A stretch of DNA of 63,389 bases, filler included, from Perkinsus chesapeaki ATCC PRA-425 (lineage: Eukaryota > Protista > Perkinsozoa), in NCBI GenBank assembly GCA_013115145.1. It is 9 parts of 9 records of this genome, joined end to end, with 100 filler letters (N's around TTAATTAATTAA, not from the genome) between each part and the next. Parts side by side here need not be neighbours in the genome. Positions count along the whole stretch, not along the records: positions 8,166 to 32,016 come from JAAPAO010000557.1; positions 32,117 to 35,169 come from JAAPAO010001471.1; 7 more parts are not named here. One strand, written 5' to 3'. The notes beneath the pieces are model-generated. The model was not told where the DNA came from, did no database searches, and saw only the letters and a list, made by a program, of their open reading frames with translations. Both the position numbers and the translations under genes were made by a program. Of this stretch, positions 24,664 to 35,269 are shown in pieces; position 1 is the stretch's first letter; each line of letters begins with the position of its first letter.

Positions 24664-26652
24664 ATGTCATCTACTAAGGGAAGGGTGAAAAGAGTAATGG
24701 GTAATAAGAGGCAATTGAATGACAATGTGGTAAAGAACAAGAAAAAGGCACGTATTGATGAACAGTGGGTTAAAGTCGTTGATGCTCTTACACCAGAGGA
24801 CGATAATATGCCACTAGAAGAATGCTGTAAAAGAGGAAAACTACTACAAACGTTATTAAAGGGTAGTGGTTATATACGTGATGGTTTTATTACAGAACAT
24901 TACCTAAAGAGTAGACCATTATTATTAAGGGATGGTGCTACTGGTGATATATTAGACGATATATGTGGGGAATATCTAGGGGGATTAGATATTGAAGAGA
25001 TGTTAGAAGCATCATCTAGTGATACTATACATGTATGGTTAACACCTAATGGTCCATTTCATAATGAACCTGCTACTAGTATAGAATTACATGATCCATC
25101 AGCAGCAATTGCAGCACTTAAAACAGGCGCTGCACAATTGTAATAATAATACAGTGTTATGTAGAATAATAATGGTACGTTGTTGGTATTGTAGGTATTT
25201 TCCAGCACCTCAACCATTAGCAGATTTAATGTGTAGATCAATAGCAGATGGTTTAGGTATACCTAAACCATGTCAAGAGTATTCAGATCATACTATACGT
25301 AGTGAAATAGAGACATTTATATGTCGTAAAGGCCATAATACTGATTGGCATACTGACTTCCAAACTAATTTTACTATACAATTAAGTGGAAGAAAGAGAT
25401 GGACATTAAAGGTTAGAAAGTAGTGGTGGAAATAATATACGACTTAATGGTTAGAAAGCTGAATTATCATCATCCTCCTCAATAACCTATCCTATAAGAG
25501 GAAGATCACCACACTTCTCAACATCATCCAATCACGAACAACAGCTTAAGGCTGGTAGAATGCAAGATCCGTATACAGAGTATAGACCACCTGATGAGTA
25601 GGCGGCTATGTTATATTATGTGAAAGGGTATGTGTATGATAGATACTTTACTAAAGATGGTACGGCGGAGGAGGTTATATTATCGCCAGGTGATGTATTA
25701 TTCCATCCAGCTGGTGTATGGCATAAAGTAGAAAGTCTTGATGATGATAATATAGCTATTAATATATCTATAATACCATTACGATGGGCTGATATAATAT
25801 CAGGAGCTATTAAACAGTTATTATTACAGCGTACAGCATTAGTATGGCCAGTAGGAGCAATACCATCACAGGGGTTGATAAAGGAACGTATTAGTAGTCT
25901 TATAAAGAAAGAAGTAGTTCCATTATTAACGGGAGATGATGAGAGATTAGCTGAAGATATAGCATGCGGACTGAAAGGGTAGTATAGGATAAGGGTGATA
26001 AGGGGGGGGAGTATATTAGTAATAATGGTAGGCATATACCTAAACTATTGGACCTTACCAAACCAGAGAAGGTTATAAAACAACTAGCTGATATTATAGA
26101 ATTAGATGATGATAAGGATCGAATTGGTAAAGTATATGTATTCAATAGATTAGCTACTGTTATTGAAGCACCTGAAGGGTGAGGTGATACTCTGTAGAGT
26201 TAGGTTTATTATTATAGTTGGCAGATGTGTTATTGATGATGAGGAGCTTGATGAAGAAGGTGAGGAAGAAGAGGAAGGGGAGGAGGTTGATGATGATATG
26301 GGAGAGATAAGGTTACGTACTGATGATGAAATAGCTGGAAGGGATGGAGGGAAAGAAGAAGAAGAGGAGGAAGAGGAGGAGGAAGAGGAGGAGGAAGAGG
26401 AGGAGGATGTCGAGGAAGAGGAAGAGGGTTATAAGCTATATTCACTTCATATAAACTATTACCGTGATGATACTACTTTAGATGATCTTATACGTGTTAT
26501 ACTAAAGGTTAGTTGATACCTTTTATTGATAGTATATTATTATCATGATAATCAGGTACCATCTCAGTTAATACCAGTAATGACATGGTTACAACATCAT
26601 CATAACCCTACTTCCTCCTCCTCCTCATCCTCTACTACTTCTTCTAATTCAC

Positions 26653-26694
<42 letters not shown>

Positions 26695-26810
26695 TTACCC
26701 TGTCTGACCTTATCAAATGTAGTGCTGCCAATTGTGATAACACTGATAACATTAACCTCCTTATTACTGTTGGCCTTGCTACTGGTTGGTTTTATTGTCG
26801 TCATCATTAA
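24664..26810 (+). CDS. JmjC-domain 2OG/Fe(II) oxygenase, ROX-like (NO66/MINA53/YcfD type), multi-exon
   Basis: TDWHTDFQTNFTIQLSGRKRW (HxD) and EVILSPGDVLFHPAGVWHKVES..IAINISI (distal His); acidic insert; short C-terminal helical domain. Confidence 0.82.
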
Positions 26811-26951
26811 TAATGACGATGTATGGTAGTGTAAACGTTACTCTCAAGTTTCTCCAGTACTATTAGTGATTGTGTTGATTAACATTTATAATCATACTGA
26901 TCATAACACAGGCTCAGTTTTTTTCAGAGTTCTCCTCCTCCTCCTCCTTGT

Positions 26952-27565
26952 ATGTTCCGTTCTAGAGAGCTATCATATGCATTGTCTCGTGCCTTGGATA
27001 AAGAGAAGGAGGAGGCTACTATGACTAAGAGGAATGTTCTGTAATAGGTTATATACGTCTAATAGCTTGTTGTTATTGTTGTTATTTAGTCTGGTAACTG
27101 ATGATGGTATGGTTGTTGCCGCAGCTAAAGCATCTGATGAATCATCTAAGACTATTGGGGCTGTAGCAGCTAATGTTTATATGGAATATAAGGTATTAAT
27201 CAATCTTACTCCTACTCTTACCATAATAATATTGTTTAGTGTACAGAGAATGCTCTAGGGTCACCATTAACATCACTGTTAATGCAGTGTGAATACGCCC
27301 CCGGTGAAAAAACAGCTGTGAGAGTTACACCATTCTCACAATCAGACTGTGAGGCTGATGATCCAATGCTAGTGCTCTTAGCAGTGGTTGGAAGGGATGG
27401 GGATGAGTAATATAACGAGTCCTTGGGGAAATGAAAGTATATAGAGTATGTAGTTACGATTGGTTAGAAGAAGTCGGTATGAGAGTTGATAAAGATTTAG
27501 CATTCCTTAAAGATGAAGTATTTAATAAAATGATAAGAGAACCATCACCATCTGATGGGCCATAA
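26952..27565 (+). CDS. Roadblock/LC7 fold protein, LAMTOR2-like, multi-exon
   Basis: MFRSRELSYALSRA..LVTDDGMVVAAA..SKTIGAVAANVYMEY parallels the LAMTOR2 pattern MLRPKALTQVL..LLNNEGSLLA..TAAIASNIWAAY. Confidence 0.55.
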
Positions 27566-27771
27566 TAGCATCATCATTATTATCACAAAGACTGTATTAT
27601 TAGTTTCATGCTGCTGCTGCTGCTACTCATATATACAAGCCTATTGAGTTAATAGTATATTTTATATTAAACTATGACCAATATTACCATTCTTATGATA
27701 ATGGCATCACCCTCCATTCCTTATACTGTAGTAGTACCACCAATACCTGATAGGAATATCGATATAAGGAA

Positions 27772-28570
27772 GTGATGATTGCGTATAGTACTATGGGTTG
27801 GTTGGTATCTATTGTTGTTATTACTAGGTATTATGGTGCCAGAGATGATATAATGCCTAAGCTAGAACTAGCGATAGAAGCATTGTTAAAGGAGATAAAG
27901 AATAATGGGCATTTAATATATTGGATTAAGAAAAGAGTAATATGGATATGTGCTTATTAATATGTTAATATTATAGCCCTACTGTTAATTATAATATTAT
28001 ATATCGTAGTAGGAGATGGAGCATGAGGCTAAACGTAAACGTGCATCTAATAAGAGACAATCAACGACGCTTAAGCGGTCTAACTCGGGGAGCAGATTAG
28101 TAGGAGGAGCTCATAGAGCATCAAGGGTGACAAGATCAAGCTATTTAACACATGTTAATAATAATGATGATGCTTTATCTGTTATATCTACATCTCGTAT
28201 GTCATTATATTCTACCTATGATGATGATGTTAAATCATATAATGGTGACCACCAGGAGCAGCAGGATGATGATGAGGACAATGACACCACTGTGATAGCT
28301 GAGTTTAACCCTTTAAAATGGTTAGCTGATTATATTACACAACAACACTGTACTACGTATAAGAATGTAGTGGATAATGATGATAATAATAAGGGGAAGG
28401 ATGAAGGTAGGAGTAGGGTTATATGATAAATTAGAATACTAACAAGTGATGGTATTGTGTACTATGTTAGAGGCACCTGTGGAGGAAGGAGTAGCTTTAG
28501 TAGAAGAAGAGGAAAAGGAGAAGGAGAAGAGCGAAGATACATCTGTCATAGAGAATGTTAATGATACATG
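27772..28570 (+). CDS. Probable gene with a split DPY-30/RIIa-like docking motif (approximate)
   Basis: DIMPKLELAIEALLKE and FNPLKWLADYI separated by a low-complexity insert. Confidence 0.35.
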
Positions 28571-28700
28571 TTGATGAAAGCATGATAATATCACACTATA
28601 ATATCACTATAATAATAATGTATTTCTTATTACCCTATATGTAATGTCGTGTTATCATGCTAATAATAATATTAGGGTTTTCATATGTTACCACGACTCT

Positions 28701-30621
28701 ATGATGCAGCAGAAACAACAACAGCAGCACTATGATCACATAATGAAAGGAGTCCAACAATCATCACGATCATCATCTCCATCACTCTACCATCGTCTGA
28801 CTGCTCCTATAGCTCCGAGAGCACAACAACCTCGAGCACCTCCAGCACCAGCAACAGCTGCAGCACCTGTACAACAACGAGGAGCTCCAGCACCAGCAAC
28901 AGCAACAGCTGCACCTGTACAACAACGAGGAGCTCCAGCACCAGCAACAGCTGCAGTACCTGTGCAACAACGAGCACCTCTAGCACCAGCAACAGCTGCA
29001 GCACCTGTACAACAACGAGGACAGTCTTCTTTTTCTTCTTCTTGTTCATTTCGGTGGAATACGGATAGTTATGCAGCAACACCTAGGGTAGATAATAACA
29101 CTAATTGCACTATACCAAAAGATAGTGATGGAGGACGCCACCGCCAACAACAGCAAGAAGAAGAAGAAGTAGGACAACGTGGACAAGAAGGGGAACATCT
29201 GAAGAAGGTAAAGACGCATCGTAAGAAGAAGCATAGAGGGGAAGTACTTGCGACTAGTAAGAGTGGTACTCATCATCATCACCGACATCATCATCATCAT
29301 GATCATGGTCATCATCATAAGGGTCATAAAAGACATAGTTCATCTAGTAAGGAGGATGGTATCAAGAAGAGTAGGAAGATTATTGATATAAATAATAGTA
29401 AGAATGATGCAATACCACTAAAAAGAAGGTGTTCAGAAGCAGTACCATCATTATCCGAATTAGTAGCTAATCATAATAAACCTACAACGCCTATTAATAA
29501 TATAAGGTCTCTTACTGGTCGTATGTCAACAACAACAACAACTACTCCAATAAGGACCCCACTACCACCTTTAAGATCAGTCTATCATCATCAACATCAA
29601 CAAGGACAGTTTAATAAGAAGGCCGCGGCCACTGGCGGCAGTAGTAACGGTAGTGGTGGTGGTGTTACTAGTAATGGATTTGCTCCTAAATATGTTCCTA
29701 AAGGTGAGCATGCTGATAAAAGGAGTAAAACTATTGGTCATACTAATGAATGTCCAGTAAAACATAAATGGGTAGTAGATGGTAGTAGTACAAATAGTGG
29801 AACTACTACTACCAACGCACAGCGTCAAATAGGTGGTGCTGGAGGAGGAGGCTGCTGCTGCCCAGTATGTAGTGCTTTATTAGAGCCACATGCTACAAGA
29901 GCTAAGGAGAATAACTTACGCTTATTAACAACTGCTATTGATGTATCACCTGATACTAAAACAATAACATTACGGTATGGTTGTAGATATGGTCATAAAT
30001 TTACACAACAACAGGATGTATCAGCACCATATGATAAGCCATTATCATGTCCACATTGTAGATTAGCTAAAGCTCCTTCTCCACCACCATCAATGAGATC
30101 AACCCCCTTCAAGAAACCATACCGTAATAACAATCACAATAATGGAGTATCTCGTGGATCAGGAGGATGTATTGATCCATTAATTGGTATGTCAGCAAGA
30201 GATAGGCAAGCTGCTGCATTAAAGGCAGCTAGATTGGAATATGAAGCATCACTACATAAAGGTATATCACCTATGACAATAGAAAATAGTGCTAAAATTA
30301 ATAAACTTGTTGCTAAATTAAAAGCTCAAGTTCCTAGTACACGTGAGCAGGTTGTATTAGGGATAGTTGAATGTCCACATGAGCTTGGATTATGGACCTT
30401 ATTACGTACTTTATTGGATTTACATCCACAACCAGGTCAAACAGAAGTTGATAGGGATAGGGTAAGTTATTATATAACTATAAGTATAGTATTATTTATT
30501 ATTATCTTAGTTATATCGTCGTGCAGCACTGTTATGTCATCCTGATAAATGTGACCATGAGCGTGCTAAAGAAGCCTTTGCTAAGTTAAGCGCTGAATAT
30601 GCATCATCATCTAATAAGTGA
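28701..30621 (+). CDS. Low-complexity protein with Cys/His Zn-ribbon motifs and a C-terminal J-domain-like segment; 2 exons
   Basis: Long ORF with CPVC..CRYGH..CPHC. Splicing GATAGG|gtaagt..ttag|TTATAT gives DRDRLYRRAALLCHPDKCDHERAKEAFAKL. Confidence 0.7.
28836..29021 (+). repeat. Coding tandem repeat, 45-48 bp x ~4 (APAPATAAAPVQQRG)
   Basis: Visible in DNA and translation. Confidence 0.9.
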
Positions 30622-31081
30622 TAACCTAACTCCTAACCAATATACTTATCGTAACATAACCGATAATAACACCACTGCCTATCTTCCACTCTTCTTGTTG
30701 TTTTTGCTGCTGCTTGGATCATCATCATTACTAACGTTTGCTGATTGTATAGCCATCCTCCTCCTCATCCTCCTTTCGCCGTCTCTTCCTGCTGCTACTG
30801 CTGCCCTTAATATAGGGCATTGGTAATACTTGATTATTATTGTTGTTGTTATGTTGATACGGATGATAGTACTGTTATTATTGATACGTAGAGGTTATTA
30901 TGATTGTTTTATTCATATTATTAGTAGTATTATTATCCTTCTCTTGAGTAGTATTGTAACATTATTACACTGTATTACTAGTGCCTAGATATTAGATATC
31001 ATCCACCTATTGTGTTACTCTTATTAATATTATTAGTATTAATAGAGTAGCCCATACCCTTGAAGGTTATAAAGCAATACT

Positions 31082-31790
31082 ATGTCAACTACAGCAGCAG
31101 CAGCAGCAGCAGGAGGAGGAGGTGTGGAGGGAACTCATACCACAATTGACAATGCTACCACTACCACCAGCATCATCCACAACAACAACAACAACAACCA
31201 AGAACAGGAGGACGATAATAAGGGCAACAGCAGCAGCATCACTGATCAGGCTAACCACGAAGTTAAACTACTACTCAGAGTGGCTAGTATTGTGGTTGCT
31301 GATAATGCCTTCCTTACCTTAGGGTGATACCTTAAAGGTTTATAATACTGCAATAGTGTTAGAAGAGGATGAGATGTCAAGTGGTAGACGTATTATAATA
31401 CATGTTGATATACCATCAATATTACATAGATCAAGGAGAGGAAAGGAGCAGCAGCAGTACTCTACTGATATTATTGTAATACTATATTGTTAATTATTAA
31501 TAGCATTATATAGGTTGTTATGATTATAGGTTAATAGATGGCTTGCTTCAATGGCATGGGGTAGAATAGATGATACTACTGGTGATTGGATATTAGCTGT
31601 AGATAAGATATCTATAAACCCACCAATAGATGAGAACCAAGTAAGGCAGCAGCAGCAGCATTATGATTGGTATTGGGTATGTTTACATGCCACATTTAGT
31701 CATCATCATGTAATAGTGAACACCACCAGCAGCAGCAGGATACACAACAATACACTACTGACGGAGTAGGAGGAGAAGGAGAGCTGGCTA
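31082..31790 (+). CDS. Probable multi-exon gene of unknown function (approximate)
   Basis: MSTTAAAA..EVKLLLRVASIVVADNAFLTL and AWGRIDDTTGDWILAVDKISINPP segments. Confidence 0.3.
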
Positions 31791-32766
31791 ATAGTATACT
31801 CATTACATACTTGGAATACTTGGAGAATAAATATATAAGAGAACGAGGATATGATAATGAGGAAGAGGATGATGATGGTGAAGTAGAGGAGGTTGATAAA
31901 GAGTAATGATAATAATAACAATACTACTACTACTACTACTTCATTCATTCATTCATTCATCAAGCGCATAAATCCAACTGAGGGACGTGCGCGCTCCGAA
32001 TATTAGTGAAATAATGNNNNNNNNNNNNNNNNNNNNNNNNNNNNNNNNNNNNNNNNNNNNTTAATTAATTAANNNNNNNNNNNNNNNNNNNNNNNNNNNN
32101 NNNNNNNNNNNNNNNNATGCTCTTCAGAGCCTGTACTGCCTGCTGAGCAAGCTCAGCTGTGCACCCAGCAGTTGCCAACTCCTTGAAAGCCTCCGATGAC
32201 AAGGAGTCACTCATTACTGTTAAGGAGGGGGAAAAATGAAACTGAAAATGAAACTAAAAAAAAAGAAAATAAATCCATCGAACCTCCTCCCGGAGCCGGC
32301 CGACCTAACTGAGTCTTATTCAGCAAGTTTACAAACGGACGCTACATGTCCAATAAAATAGCTTAGCGCGACACAAATGTCCCCGACTTGGCTCCACCAT
32401 CCTACGCCGATCATTCCGAAGAAGAAGAACAACAACAAAAAAAATAAAAAATGGACAATGCCCCGACCCAATACTAGCCTGGGCCCACTTCAAGAACGAC
32501 CGCGCAGCCCAGACCCTAACACGAACGACCTCATAACACCAAAACCCCACACCGCTACCAATGGGCCACCTCCACGCATGATCAACGCGTCCGTGTACCA
32601 AACCATACCGTATCCAAAACCAATAGACACTTCTCTAGCACCCACACCGGGTATCGCACGTTTCTAACCCTCCACTACCGGAGGCCTACCATCTCTATCG
32701 ATTCACACAAACGAGGTCTCACTCAGCAGTTCCACGCACACCCTCCACTGAACAACTCAAGCAACA

Positions 32767-33055
32767 ATCGGATCAGCGCTCTCAGACGCGTTCCGAAAGA
32801 CGTTCCAGAAGACCGACACATGTTGAAACACCGAGAAATTCCAGATCTGCGCTCTAAGGCGCGTTCCGGGCCTTCTCAACAAACAAAAACCTCTAGAGGA
32901 CAACCTGGGAACTCCGACGAACCCTCCGCTAGCATCGGATCTGCGCTCTAAGACGCGCTCCGAGCTCTGTGGGAAGGGAGCCTCTAGAAAACCACTCCAC
33001 AAGACAGGGACAGACCACCCCAAGCATCGGATCTGCGCTCCTAGACGCGTTCCAG
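32767..33055. repeat. Four copies of a ~30-nt motif (consensus AGCATCGGATCTGCGCTCTAAGACGCGTTCC) at 73/94/92-nt spacing
   Basis: Copies at ~32767, 32841, 32931 and 33023. Confidence 0.8.
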
Positions 33056-33115
33056 ATACTCAGACTACCCTCTAAACTCAAACCGGTACCCACTCTCTCA
33101 CACTCCGGGGTCCCA

Positions 33116-33198
33116 GATTCGAGAGTGGGTGATTCGAGAGTAGGTGATTCGAGAGTAGGTGATTCGAGAGTAGGTGATTCGAGAGTAGGTGATTCGAG
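33116..33198. repeat. 15-bp tandem repeat GATTCGAGAGTAGGT x5.5
   Basis: Directly visible. Confidence 0.95.
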
Positions 33199-33424
33199 CA
33201 TGAGTATAGGAGAACGTTGTCAAATAGTCACTTGATTAACGCATCAAAGCTACATGTACAACATAGACGATATACGTAAAAATGAAATGGTAATAATTCT
33301 AAGTCGTTATAATCCTCATAACATTAAGTCATCACAGCCATATACGTAGACGTACTTAATTGTCGTTGAATTCTTCGTCGTCGTTGTCCCTAGCCCATTC
33401 ACCAACGTAAAATAGTGACGTTGC

Positions 33425-33446
33425 TCGGCAAGTTGCCGACGGCAAC
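33425..33446. repeat. Exact 22-bp hairpin-type footprint, inferred TSD TCGGCAAC
   Basis: TCGGCAA g TTGCCG a CGGCAAC. Confidence 0.85.
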
Positions 33447-34448
33447 ACGTAAGGCCGCCAACCTGATCATACCGTTGTAGTCGTTAGTGTAGAACTACTC
33501 ATATGCACTACTCGTACTTGGAGAGGACGTTACCCACAGCGTCGAGGGCGTTACTGTACAACATACAGCGCATATATATGTTGCTAGTCGTAGTGACCAT
33601 CAGGTACTTGTGGACGTAGGTCTTCTGCATGTCTTCTGATGTCATCAATGAAGCCGTTGTAGGTATTATTGGCAACCATAGTCAGTTTGATTTCGTACCC
33701 CTCGAACTCGTACACCCGATGGTTCGTACACTTATGCGAATTTTTTCAGTTCAGTGGGGAGATCACTAGATTGTTAATCCAAAGGTTGAGCGTTCAATCC
33801 CTAGAGGCGACATAACTGGCAAACTTTGTCTGTCTGGCGAAGCGAATAGCACTTCTTGGCAATTATTTTGAGTCAATGCGGCATTGACTTGTGTAGTCGG
33901 ATTGCTCTAGTCGTATAACGGCCATCTGACATGGGCACCAGTGTGTCCCCAAAAAGTTTTTGGAGTGTACGAAATGAAAGTGTACGGGATATGCGTGTAT
34001 GAAAAAAGTGTGGATTGAGATTTTGGTGTATGAAATGGGGGTGAACGAAATGAAGGTGTACGAACTTTTAGTGTACTGAATGCAAGTGTACCGAGCTTAT
34101 GGATACGAGATAATAGTGAGCGTACTTTTGGTGGTCGAACCGCCGATGATCTGAATAGGAGCGAACGAGCTGACTGTGTACGTGTTTCAAGCAATCGAGT
34201 TGAGTATGAACGTGATTTATGGAGATTGAACATTAAGTGTACGTGTTTTATGTGTACCAATCGCTAACATTCCCGTAACGTATGCCCTTTGACGTATCTC
34301 TCGACCTTACGTAGTCGCTCAGGATTAAGATGTCGTCGTATTAGGCCGGTCTCATCCAAGTAGCATATACGTGCAGGCTTGCGCAGTTTAACCTTTAGCT
34401 CTCAAGCAAAACGTTAAAGTCACCCAAGTGCTTATCAAGTCTCTGTTT

Positions 34449-34540
34449 ACGACGTACACAGTGTACGTCGTGCCTGCCGTTAACGGCTTGCCTACTACGT
34501 ACAGTGTACGGTACACTGTACGTAGTAGGCAAGCCGTTAA
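34449..34540. repeat. Adjacent 11+1+11 and 30+1+30 perfect palindromes forming one two-hairpin footprint, inferred TSD CGTACACT
   Basis: ACGACGTACAC a GTGTACGTCGT, filler GCCTGCCG, then TTAACGGCTTGCCTACTACGTACAGTGTAC g GTACACTGTACGTAGTAGGCAAGCCGTTAA. Confidence 0.9.
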
Positions 34541-34660
34541 TCTGATCTCGTAGTTACCGTCGTATTGTAGTTCTTCTTTTTCTTCCACTGGCTTAGGATA
34601 ACGTGCCAATAACCTTAACTCTCCTCCTTCATCGGGACTAAAATCGTCGAGATTAGTGAA

Positions 34661-34682
34661 GTCGATAGTATCGACTTGATAC
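34661..34682. repeat. 22-bp footprint with one CpG>TpG mismatch, inferred TSD GTCGATAC
   Basis: GTCGATA g TATCGA c TTGATAC. Confidence 0.7.
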
Positions 34683-35269
34683 CATCCTCGTTAAGCATCA
34701 TGAATCGCCTCAGGCGATGAAGTAGTTGTAGTGTTATTCTCCTGGTCACCATTAACAGTATGTAGGTTATTCGTGGCGTTAGCCACGGGAGAGGTAGTCA
34801 CAATTGGGGTTGTGGCGTCAGCCACGGGAGAGTTCGTCGACAGTGAGGTGGTAGGTATAGGGTCGTTGTAGTTGAAGTCCTCGTCTTCAGGAGCAACCTC
34901 TTCTTCCACCTCTCATAGAACCTTTGTTGAACTTAGCACGTGACATCTCGTCAGCATAGTTAGGTTCAGAATCAAGGGGTACGCCCTTGATGATAGCGTC
35001 CAACTCTCGACACGTCTCTCGGATATCTTTATGTCGGCGTCTCCTTCGGATCCTATGCTAGTAGTAACTTCTTTTCACGTTGTGGCCCAAGTCCTCAGGC
35101 GCTGTACCAACTCCTCTGTCAGAGTGTCGTCCCAGGCTTTATATAGGGTACAGATCTCTCGCCAAAGTCNNNNNNNNNNNNNNNNNNNNNNNNNNNNNNN
35201 NNNNNNNNNNNNNTTAATTAATTAANNNNNNNNNNNNNNNNNNNNNNNNNNNNNNNNNNNNNNNNNNNN

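Noticed and set aside
17234-31948. Many short ORFs of poly-I/L/V/S/N in AT-rich regions, and ORFs 61956-62250
   Set aside because: Translations of microsatellites, introns or antisense strands
32767-33055. CRISPR-like repeat-spacer look
   Set aside because: Eukaryotic context, no cas genes, repeats degenerate, spacing irregular, spacers partly related
33871-33889. Odd-centred palindromes without a TSD tail (33871 9+1+9; 4580 10+1+10 with a mismatch; 7628; ~50925; degenerate 13434 and ~60054)
   Set aside because: Do not meet the full footprint prediction; 7-bp arms are expected about 4 times by chance. Could be older scars but unsupported.
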